NCBI GenBank assembly: GCA_965178125.1
Contig: OZ237746.1
Coordinates: 1,240,001 to 1,304,000, forward strand
Origin: Bilabrum cf. latius
Lineage: Eukaryota
Direction of reading: 5' to 3'
DNA: 64,000 nt
A model generated the notes under the pieces. It worked only from the letters and a program-made list of their open reading frames with translations. It searched no databases and was not told where the DNA came from. Positions 50,501-61,200 of the stretch are shown one piece after another. Every line of letters begins with the position of its first letter. Positions within the stretch are counted from its first letter, which is position 1. Position numbers and translations under genes: made by a program.

Positions 50501-51868
50501 GGCCCCAGCTCCAGCACGATGCCGGTCAGCTCCTCCAGGGCCTCCCGCTCTGCTTGCGCCGCGGTCTCAGGAGGAATGGCGGCCATGGCCGAGTCCTGCA
50601 GCTGCTGCTGCGCCTCCCTCACGGCCTTCTCGGCTGCCTCCCGCGCCCGCCGGGCTGCCCTGCCCCCTCGCCTCGGCGCCGAGCCCACCGCGGCGGCTGC
50701 CTGCTCCGCCTCCCTCACGGCCCCGTCTCGCGCGAGCACAGCCAATCCCTCGTCCACGCACAGACGCTCCCCCGCCGAGGCGCACACGTCCTCCACCAGC
50801 GCGTCGGCCGCCCCCCCGGCCTCGAGCTCCCGTGCCGCCAGCCTCGCCGCAGCAAGGCCTCCCGCGGCCTGGTCTGCCGCCCCGTGCAGGGCTCGACCCG
50901 CACGTGTGGACCGAGAGGCGGCCGCCACGTGATCTACCAGCACTGCGGGCCCCTACATGGAGGGCAGCGCTGCAAGGGCCTGCACCTGCGGCCCATGCGT
51001 GGCCTGCAACTGGCGCACGCAGGCGGTCAGGGCTGTCTTGTCGGCAGACGCGGCCGGGTGCGTGCGCAAGGTGAAGAGAGCGCCATGCAGCATGCGGCTA
51101 CTCAGCTTTGGCGGCGACCCACCGTCCGCAGGGGCCACAAACTTGGTGGCGAGTGTCTGCACGAGGAAGTGCACCCCATGGGCGGAGAGGACGGGCGTCG
51201 AGGACTGGGCCACAGCCAGGGCCACGCCGACCTGCGTGGGAGGGGACAACTGGACTGCCTAGGAGAGGGCTGCCAGCCCGTGCGCCGTCACGGGGATCCC
51301 AGCGACGGGCTCGCCAGAAGCAGATTTCGAGAGCAACCGGCACGCCCCGCGGCGAGATGGACCTTCCAGCGCCGTGCACAGCACCGATCCGTAATTGAGG
51401 AGCTGAACCGCATCGTCAAGCTCTGTTTGCAATAGTTTTAGCTGCGATGGGAGAGGGGGGAAGGGTGCTAAACCGCAAAGTGCCACAACGGAGCATGAAC
51501 CGCTGCTGCGCGATTCAGCGAAGCGTGAACACCACTCTGCGGCACCGCCTCACCTTTGGTTCGACAGCAGAGCTTCTCCCTTCGTCCAAATACTGTAACA
51601 ATCTTGTAAGAAGATATATTCTGGCTTCATCCCCAAACTCTCCGCACAGCTGCGAGGTGAACGTAGCGATGCAAGTTGAACACGTTTGGTGCACCGCTGT
51701 CAGCCGCGGCATGTCCGGAATGATGTGTTCTTAGGTTTGGAAGCAAATTAGAAACATACTCACGCTGCGAATTTGTGACGTAGTATCTCTGGCATTCGCG
51801 TGGCTCAGCCTCTGCACCAGCTAATCCAGATGCCACAGGAGCGGACCAGCGAGCCCGATCCCGCTCAT
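41584..51868 (-). CDS. NOT1: CCR4-NOT scaffold subunit NOT1/CNOT1 (~3350 aa)
   Basis: Exons 51868-51764, 51649-51554 and 51441-41584 with canonical GTGAG...CGCAG introns and about 22 TAGs. Motifs FQINNLS..N, WFGHYLVVKRVSTQPNFHDL, ERSMLKSIGEWLG, FMPPNPWT, KDFAMDP, QLRNLVLSA, QLRYPNSHTHFFS, RPHPWGLLITFIEL and CAPEIE. Confidence 0.95.
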
Positions 51869-52108
51869 TTTGTATGCCTTCTTCCGGCCCTTCTGTGAGC
51901 TATAAGACTATCAATTGGCTGCTGCCCCTTTGATGTATCTTTGGGGGCTATCAACCAAGTACACTGCCTGGCGATCATCGTAGGCTGTAGAAATCCATAC
52001 TTTGTTTGTACCGTGTCATTCTGACCAGGAGAACCGGGCATCCTGAATCTCCCCGTAACTATCTTAGTGGGCTACGCTCCGGAATACCCAGTAGAATTTG
52101 CTTTTAAA

Positions 52109-53772
52109 ATGGCAGCTGGAGGCTCGAAGCAGCTTGTTGAGGTCCAAGAGATTGAGAGACTGAAGGAGGAGCTAGGCGAGTTGAAGGAGGAGCACGCAGA
52201 GAAACAATTGGCGCTAGCAGGGGTCAAGGACACTCTCAAAGCTACAAAGGAAGAGAAAAAGACGGCATTCAAGAAGTTGTAGAAGTCCGATGATATCAAC
52301 ATAGTTGTTCTGGGTGCAAGCGTGAGCACACAATGGAAGGTATCGCAGGCACTTGAACACCGACGCGCCGCAATCGGGCACGCCAGATTATCTACCGACT
52401 GTACCGCAGGCATTTATGAGACTAGCAAGACACTGTGGGGCGTGCGCCCCCGAAGTTGCTTCTGGCGAGCTGCTGGGGCGACTGCAAGTGGTTGAGGGCA
52501 GTCATATGCTGCATGTTACTACTTCAGTCCCCAGGAAAGCGGGAGCATCGTTTGCTGACGGCGTTTCGCCTAAAGACAAGCATGTTCACAACCTCATGCG
52601 CGCGTACGGGACTGTAAGCTTCGCGAAAAGGCCTCCTTCTTGAAGCCCATACGAGCACTAGTTCACTCCTCATCGTGTGCGCGCTGCCTTTCGTTTCCTT
52701 TGAACTCCCGCAGATGAGAGCTGACCATACCCACGTGGGATGGTATCGCAGCAGCATGCACGCTTCGCATTGGACTGACGACACGCTGCAGCGCATGAAG
52801 CGGGACGCTACCTCGGAGGCCTCCCGCCTGTACGGCGACAGGTTCATCATGCTCGTGTTTGACGTGCTCGACGTGGCGGCCCCGCAGCGAGTCAGGGCCT
52901 ACACGCTGAGCCCCACCGCAGCTGCGCGAGTGGCAGCCTTGCAGGCGGAGCGAGAAACCGGGGAGCACGTCCCTGCCTCGGTGGACACCCTGGACGCCCG
53001 CATCTGGGAGGAGGGACTCATTGCCGAGCTGCCGGTCTTCGTGCAGGCGCCCGCGGCGTACGTATCCAGGACATTGCTCAGCTGCGCGGCTGCGCTCAGC
53101 GCGGCCGATGAGCAGGCGGCTGCCGCTGCGCAGGGCCCCGACGGGGTGCTGGCAGCGGCGGCGCTGCAGTGCGCTGCGCCTTCCACGGCGCCGTCAGCGG
53201 CCATGCGAGACATGTCTGCCGTCGGTCAGCTCCCGGTGCAGTACGCGGCGGGCACGCTGGGGGCGCGCTCCGGCGAGGCGCTCGAGGCGGCCACTGCTGG
53301 TCTGGAGGGCGTGGTGAGTCGAGCCCGCCAGTGGACGGAGGATGCCACCGGGTCTGAGCTCAAGCTGCTGCAGGTGCAGGAGGAGCTGGCCACTGCGCGG
53401 ACCATCGCGGCTGGGAAGGACGAGGCGGCAGAGGCGGGCAAGGGCAGCGACAGCGGGGCTGGCTCGGCGGCAGCATCAGCTGCAGCCGACGGTGACGACG
53501 AGGAGGACGCGGCCAAGAGGGCGGCCGCAGCTGCGGCGGCGGCGGAAGCAGCTAAGATCCGACGAGAGGCAGCCGCGAAGCGGGCGAAGGGCCTCGAGGC
53601 AGAGCTGAAGTCGTTGCAGGACGCGACCCGGGCTAGGAAGCTGTCCGCTCTCGTTGGTGTGTCGGCTGCCGAGGAGGGTGGCGCAGCCGTGGCGGCAACC
53701 GCGCGGGAGACCATGGGGCGGCTGGTACTGGCCGAATCCATGCACAAGGCCGTGGAGGTTGCGTTGCAGTGA
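52109..53772 (+). CDS. EIF3H: eIF3 subunit h-like MPN-domain protein
   Basis: Exons 52109-52321, 52410-52613 and 52714-53772 (introns GTGAGC...CGCAG and GTAAGC...CGCAG). Motifs FMRLARHC...ASGELLG, DHTHVGWYRS, LVFDV...RAYTLS and ELPVFV. TAG at 52280. Confidence 0.78.
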
Positions 53773-53967
53773 TTGTGTCCGTGACAGTCCGTCAATTGCC
53801 CCGCAAGCAAACGTATAATCAACCTACATGTACCTACGATCACACTCCCGGCGCACTGTCGAGCGAGAAGAGGCCAACCGCTTTGCAGCGGTTCCGCTGC
53901 AGTGCCGCAGCAGAGGCGCGTCGAGGATTATCTCAATTTAAGCCCGTATGCCAGTCCTGGACTCAGA

Positions 53968-55797
53968 ATGTTGCCTGTGATGCTCGCAATTTTATCTATC
54001 TGCATGCTACTGGCTGCAGGTTCCATTGCAAGTGCTTTCGATGTTGTCATCAGCGACGAGGTTTCCAACACAGATTTTCTAGGCATTGGATTCGATGTAA
54101 CATCTTACCACACAAATAGAACACAAGATTAGTTGGACCATGTGTACCTTAAGCGCCTAGCTGAGGTTAATCCAAGTTTTGTGCGCGCCTCGCACGTGTG
54201 GGGGCCAACCGGCAATTGCACCGAGCCTGTCCTCAGCTTCGTGCACTGGGCGACGAACGCCTCGATCTATGTAACTACGATGGGCACTCCGCTGCACAAG
54301 AACCGTACCACCATCGATAATTATGGTGAACGTGTGGCAGAAGCTCTGGTTCCTATGCAAGCGGCGAGTAATAGCAGCATCCGCTGGTACTGCTTTACGA
54401 ATGAGATGTCGCTCTGCTCGAAAGGCTCGTGTGAGTGGGCGTATATGGCTAAACTTGGACTTCCGGAGGGCTACGATCTGTATAAGTGGTATCACGACGC
54501 TGTGCGATCGGGTCTGGAACAGTTCGGGCTTGCCCCGCGGCTTGGCCAGCTCGCCACGGACGCATCGTCAGGCTGGCAGTACTGGAAACCTACAATGAAC
54601 TGGGCATCCACGAATAGTACTGGTCCAAATTCAACTGACGGGGGCATCCTGTAGACAGTAGATGCGTGGGGCGGCCACGACTATGCGGACGGCTTCACGG
54701 TAGCTCCCGACGAATCGCGAGACGGCGGCTCCACGAACTCGTACTACTGGACGATCTCCGGCCTGTCGCGGTGGGGCGGGCAGAATCTCTCGGGTCGTTC
54801 CGAGGCCGCGGATGGAAGGTATCGCCCCTTCATCATCGGGGAGGTGGGCTCAGCTCAGCGCCAGCCCAAGAGACCCGGCAAGGGGTGCAGCATGCTGGAC
54901 TCTGCAGAATACTTTGACACGCCATCCGAGCCCTACGTGGCGCTGCAGATGGCAGAGATGGCCGTGGCAGCTGCCAACTACAGCATCAGCGCGCTGGCCT
55001 ACTGGTCTCTCGCCGACTCGCCCCGCAGAGCGGACGGCGTGTGCAACTGGTGGGGGGCATGGCGATGGACCCATGAGGCCGGCTTCGGGGCACGGTTCCA
55101 CTGGTACGCGCTGGGACCCATGGTGCGTGCCATGCGGGGTCCAGCCCGGACGCACGTGGTGCGTGTCGCAGACCCCCACCTCCGCGTGGCCGCCCTGCAG
55201 ACTACAGGCCCGGGGCAGCCCGGCATGGCCCCTGGTCCTGCCTGGACCGTGGTCGGGGTGCTGCGGCGGCCGAATGCCAGCGCCAAGCTGTCTGTATCTT
55301 TGCCTGCAAGTGAGGCATGTGATGCAGCATCCAGACCTTTCCGAGTGTGGATCTACGACCCCCTGGCCCCGCCCGCCAACACGACCTTCGCCGACCTGCC
55401 AGCCCACTCTCGATCCGTACTAGTATCCCCAACGCTGCGGGAGGACGGTACAAGTGGGTCGTCGCTGCAACTCGGTCCCTTACCCGCTAACTCCATGTTT
55501 GTGGCGACCTAGTCGTACTCGGACAGCGCGCCCCCAGCATGCAGAGGGCTGCACGTGACCTCGAGAGCTGGGTCCCGAGTGGAGCTCCAGTGGGACTGCA
55601 TGCCGGAATCGGTGGGTATCACGTACTACCGTGTGCTCTTGGCGGGGCAGCAGGTCCTCTCGACCGTGCGATGCGGGGCCACGGTGGCCGTGCAAGTGCC
55701 CGCGGGTGTAGGCATTGAGTCCAGCCTTGTGCAGGTGGTGGGTGTGAACCGAGGTGGGGACGCTGGCGAGGCCTGCCAAGCACCACTGGACTGGTGA
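53968..55797 (+). CDS. Secreted clan GH-A-like glycoside hydrolase with C-terminal beta-sandwich/FN3-like domain (~609 aa)
   Basis: Signal peptide, then FLGIGF, a putative acid/base motif WYCFTNEM, DAWGGHDY, a putative nucleophile motif PFIIGEVG and ALAYWS. The tail VELQWD...ITYYRV looks FN3-like. TAGs at 54130, 54652 and 55510. Confidence 0.65.
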
Positions 55798-55876
55798 AAG
55801 GCATCAACCCCAGGTTTGGGCAGCAGTGGGATGGAAAAATACGCGTACCACGATCAAATTGTGTCATGAGGTTGAT

Positions 55877-58093
55877 TCAGTCAAAGACATGCTCTACCCC
55901 GAAGTCGCTATCAAGTAGATCCACCCCTCGTTCACTGGCATCGTAGTCGGATAGCATCAGCTGCTCCAAGGGCTCTGCCAGCTCTTCCACAGCGCCCTCG
56001 CCCACCAGAAGGGCACCCACGAGCTTCTTGCCCCTACGCACAAGCTTCACGCAATCCCCCGACCCCAACCCCGCCCGTCCCTCGGTGACCCTGAACTCAA
56101 CGCGGTAGGCCGACTCCGAGTCGACGGCCGAGGCTCCCTCGCCCGCTCTGCTCGCCCCACTGCCAGACGCCGCTCCCGCATCTGCCTCGCCTGCCCCTGG
56201 CAGCTCTACCACAGGGCCCTTGTCTGCGATCCCTTCCCCTTGGTCGCCCAGGCCCGCTCCAGCAGCCACCCCCCCGGGCGAGACGGCCTCGAGTCCCCTG
56301 CCTGACGCAATCACGGACTCGCCCGTCGCTGCCTCGAGCGAGCCGTCGCCCTGGTGCAGCCCCATGGCGACCACCGTCTGTCCAAGCAGCTTCGTGCGGT
56401 GCGCGAACAGCTCAAAATTGTAGCCCGCCTCCAGTTCCAGCTGATCTAGACAGCCCACCGCGCACGCTCCTGCATACGCGCCCTAGATGCGCGCCTGCGA
56501 CCACAGCCGCATCTGCTTCCACAGGCACGGGCCTGCTGCCTCGCATTCCGCGACAAGCCGTGCGTGTCGCATAGCGGGCCACTGCACTGCAGCGCAATCA
56601 CCGGCTGCCATGACCAGGGGAGAGCCCGTAGTGCGCATGCCCTCGTCCACGACCAGCCCACCGCACGGTCCTCGCTCGAAGATGTGCTTCGGCTCGGTGC
56701 CTGCCTCTGCACCACCACTGTCGAGAACTGGGTCCGGGCCCTCCGCGGGCCCCCACTCCCAGCCTGCCCCGTACCCCTGGTCCAGTTTGATTGCACACGC
56801 ACCTGTTGTTGTTTTGGGCCGTGCTCTGCTCTCGCCACCCGCCCCTGCTTCATCTGTAGAATGTGAGTACAACGTGTGGTAGTGCTCCACCCCGCAGTCC
56901 CCGCTGAAGTCTGCGCACAGTTCTGTTCGAGGGAACACACCTGTGGCCACCACCACCATGTCGCACTCGACGAAGCGAGGTGCATCACTCGATGGGGAGC
57001 CGTAAGCACCGATTTCCTCGAGCGACAGACAGAGTGCGAACTTGTCCGCGCCAGAACCAGAGTCAAAACCAGATTCCGCTCCGATTCCCGCCTTCTCCTC
57101 CTCTTCCTGTCCACCGGCACCGGCACTGGCACTGGCACTGGCAGTCTTCTCCTTGACCCCGACCACTCCCACCCCGCGCAGCAAAGCAACTGGGTGCAGG
57201 GCGGCAGGTGTGGACGCGGTCGGGGCATCCAGGCTGCTCTCGGGTGCACCTGTATCCTTCTTGGAGATACAGCTCAGCAGAAGCGACTGCCAACCGGGGC
57301 CCAGGCTATTTCCCGAGTACTGCTGCTGCACTTCTTCGGAGACCGCAGGAGCACCATCCTGCGGCAGCTTCGGCGGCATACCTAGCTGCTCCCCTGGATC
57401 ACCACGTGCATCGGCGCTGGCTGGCACGATAGAGGGGTCCCTTTTAAGAAAGCTGTGTGTACTGCCGACAGTAGCCTACCGTAGCAAGAAAGCAGAGGCG
57501 GTTGCATCCAACAGCGTCGATCCTACCACAGAGTTCCTGCAGATCCAGGATACCGGACACACTCGCCGCAGGAAGTGCACAAGCTCCAATGAGAGTGCGC
57601 CATTTCCAACGATTGCGATGTGTTTTGGACTGAACGCCTAAAGCCGCCTTGATAGACGACGAACGCTTGCTTCGTCGCGAATAGCCGCTACCCTGCCGCC
57701 ACGATCCCTGAGAGCCGCTGGTACATGCGGCCGAGCACCAGTGCATAATACAATCCTATCAAACGGTAGGATCTGACCTGTCTCCAGGACCACTTGTCGC
57801 CTTGGAACATCGAGTGTGGAGACGGCGGCCTGAAGTGCCCGAACGCCTGGATATTTCCGTTGCAAGAAGTCGAGTGGCAAGCATTCGACTTGCAGGCTTT
57901 CTAAACTAGACGTAATCTAAACGAGTTCGCGTACTCCTGTAAGAGATCTTGAAGCAGATACGACAGTGACATTGACTTTCCGCCCACACGCAGAACTAAG
58001 GCGCGCCGCCTCTTCGGCACAAGAGACACCTGCGACACCACCGCCGACTACAACCAGGCTTAGAGGAGGGAGACCCTCTACTGACTTGCTCAT
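55877..58093 (-). CDS. PYROXD1: PYROXD1-like pyridine nucleotide-disulfide oxidoreductase (~738 aa)
   Basis: Motifs VVVGGGVAGVSCAE, LCTGARP, IVGNGALSLEL, NSLGPGW, VATGVFP, AAGDCA, QMRLWSQAR, FELFAHRT and C-terminal DLLD...FD. Four TAGs (57917, 57638, 57476, 56483). Confidence 0.92.
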
Positions 58094-58258
58094 TGCATTT
58101 GCATCGCACCCTGCACACTAATGACCCGTCCGCCGGCGTCCATTCGCGGTTCATTCGCGGTTGCAACGTCGAAAATTGAATGAACGGACGGGAAGCCAAG
58201 GCAGGTACTTCGACTCCCACATGAAAGTATGGACACCATAAATCACTTATCAGTAGGA

Positions 58259-61200
58259 ATGGCGCTGCATGCTATCCCAAATTCGTAGCCGCAGAGTGGA
58301 ATCGCGCAGTCTCGGCTTGGGCTCGGTTAGGGTATTCAAAAATGTGTGTCTTCGATCTCGGGTAGTAACGCCAAGAAGAGGCGAATCCATGAATACGATG
58401 TCGAAGGTGTACCTCGTTTACCTCTGGGCGACCTTGCCTTGAATGTGTCTGCCTCTGATTCAACAGAGCAGTAGCGCCAGGTCGATCAGTGCGTGCACTC
58501 CCCAGAAGAGGATGCCGCTATTAGCAGCCTCGGTCCCCCCGCATGGCTCGGCAGTTCCGTTATTCGTGGCTCTGTCATTCGTAGCATTGGACGTAGCGGC
58601 CAATGCCACGATTCCCTGGTCGCTGTGGAGGCCACAGTCGTGTATCATCGGACTGCAACCACGGACTCCCTGCTCGGTTTGTTGAGCGAGACGACTAGTG
58701 AAACCAGTAGTACAGGCAAAATCAAAGTAGTTCTACAAGGTGGTTGGCTGGCTTCCATGGCTGATATCGTGGAACCCGAGTAGATCGCAGCCCACCAAGC
58801 ATCAAAAGACCGAGCCAGCTCAATGCTGCCAAATGGCACTCTGCTGCACATTGTATTTGAAGACGCGTCGCACAACAGGAAGGATTTGTGCGCCGCGAGT
58901 ACCGCTGGTGCAGCCGTAGGCAGTAGTGACGTTCCAATCGTGGTGGCTGCTGACCCTCACGTCTCAAGCCCAGGCCCCTTCGGCCGCGTGCTGGTCGTGC
59001 TGCACCCTGACCTGGTGCTCTCTCCCAGCAGGGTGCTCGAGGCGCAGTAGTGCCTGAGAAAGGCCGTCATCAGACAGCTGGTGGGTTCTTCTGGGATTCA
59101 GGCTGCCTTTGAGCCCGAGTGGGAGCCTGGTGCTGCAGCCGTATCGATTGGCCAGCCATCAGCCGCAAGCAGCAGCAGCAGCAGCAGTAGCAGCAGCAGC
59201 AGTAGCAGCAGCAGCAGTAGCAGCAGCAGCAGTAGCAGTAGCAAATCGAGCGCCAAGCCACACGTTGGAGCGCTTGCATCGGGTGTTCTCCGCCATTCGC
59301 TCTTCCAGATGGCCTTGCAGCGATGCGCTGGGGCCAAGCTGCTGTGCGACAGAGCGGCGGCTCGATCAGCCAGCCGATCCTCCGCCAGTGGAGCAGCAGC
59401 GGGTGTGCCTATTGCAGTGGTCCGCGGCCTTAACCGCACCGCCGCAGCCCGCGGATTTCCTTCTCTGGTCCTGCGACAGGGTACCCTGTGCCCGCGGGTA
59501 ACTGGGGCATGGGTACGCAAGCTGATCCCTGCCGTGGTCCGCACGCAGGAAGCTCGCAGGCTTCTGCTACCGGAAAGTGCAGCAGACAACGATGCTGTTG
59601 CGATGCTGTAGCTGGCTGCTGCCCCCATTGCAAGCTGGCTGGAATCTCAGTTCGGAGCAACGGCGTCGTAGGGGAGTGCATCCCAGTACGGTGCATCGGG
59701 CGCAGATGCACCCGAAGAGACCACCATCCACGACGTACTCGGCATAGAGGTCATGGTGCGGTCGCCCGTGTGGGGCCTGCTTGGCTTCGTAGATGCTATC
59801 GTCGCCGCTACCGATGACAGCAAAAGGGGTCCACACAGCAGAGTGCTTCCTCTGGAACTTAAGACAGGCTTCCAGGCTGCAGGGCGGGGAGTGCACTGGA
59901 AACACTCTGGCTAGCTGGCCATGTACAGCGCCATGATGCACGGACCACCAGGCTGGCAGGGAGGGGAAGACTCCGCTAAAGGCCTTCTCTCATACCTGCC
60001 AGGTGACAAAAAAGGAGCCACTGCATCTCAGCAGAGCGGCACGGCATCTCCAGGAGGTTCCGAGGCGGGTTGCAGGACGCATTGTGTGAGCTCCACGCTG
60101 GGTGAGACTGCAACACTGCTTCAACTTCGGAATCGCCTCGCGTGCGCAATTCAGTTGCACCGACGCGCTGTCTTGCTGCATGCAGCCGACAAGCAGGTCC
60201 CTTCCGAGCCGGGCACTCCACTTGATTCCACCTTCCCTCCAGTGCTGGGGGAATCCGAGTGCAGACCATGTAAGCACTGCTCTGAGATTAGCACATGCGC
60301 AGCTATCGCAGGAGCCGCTAGATTGAGCAGTCGTCCAGTATCATCAACCGCATGTGGGGATTCCCCAGTGGCTACTGCAAGGGGCTCCGCCACCAATTCC
60401 ATTGTGGTGGAGAGGGTCGCTGCCATGCGCGTATCCGAGCCAGCGGCACGTTGGGTTTGGTCGAATTGGGCCGCTTCGCTTGCTGAGTCGCAAGACTAGC
60501 CCGATGCTGGAGCACCGACAGGCAAGTTTTGCTTCAGTGGCACAACGCTTTTAGACGCAGTGGCGATCGCTTCCCGATTAATCGAGGGGTCGGTGGATGG
60601 GATGTCCTTTGAAACTATCCGTAATTTGCACAACTGGAGCCTGGCCTGTTTGGGAGACGATGGTCGTGTGTTTTTGGTGGATATTTCCGTGGCGTGTGCC
60701 TGCATACAATAGATGCACCCTGAAGGGTTGCAGCCACTTGTTCTGTCGCCCAAGCAAGAGGTCACGCTGCAGTCTTGTGGGCCCGTGTCTACATGCTTCA
60801 AGGCTGTTGGAGCCTCCACCCCTGCGGCGGATCTCTTGCACTGCCGTTCCACAAGGGCGGCGGTACTCGAGTCTCAACGATCGTACGGTGTGGGTGGGGC
60901 TGTTGCCATTGAAACTCCTACTCTCTAGCTGCTACAGTCGCTCTGTGCGACATCTTGCGGTGCTCAGATCAAGGGTTTACGGGTAGTGCACCAAGGGATC
61001 GAACGGGAATTGCGCGCCTTGGCATACCCAGATGGCATGCCAGCCGTCTTTCGCACCTCAACCGGAGGAAGGTATGGATAGGACCGCACGATGCTGGTGC
61101 AGGTGGCAGCGGCAGCAGTGGGCCAGCCTGCTTCAACTTGGGGACTAACAAGAGGATTTTCGATTGCTGGCGCACTTGCTGATCCTGCTAGGCTCTTCCA

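Noticed and set aside
3102-51435. Long antisense and alternative-frame ORFs in the ORF track (e.g. 3102-4844, 4765-6741, 17517-19418, 43849-45705)
   Set aside because: These are shadow ORFs expected in very GC-rich coding DNA. They overlap genes with recognisable motifs and have none themselves.
51550-51552. Apparent in-frame TGA upstream of the NOT1 long exon, suggesting UGA recoding
   Set aside because: It lies within the GTGAG donor of intron 51553-51442 and is removed by splicing.
59070-59279. Poly-Cys and poly-Leu ORFs on the minus strand
   Set aside because: They are alternative-frame readings of the (AGY)n poly-Ser repeat within DNA2.
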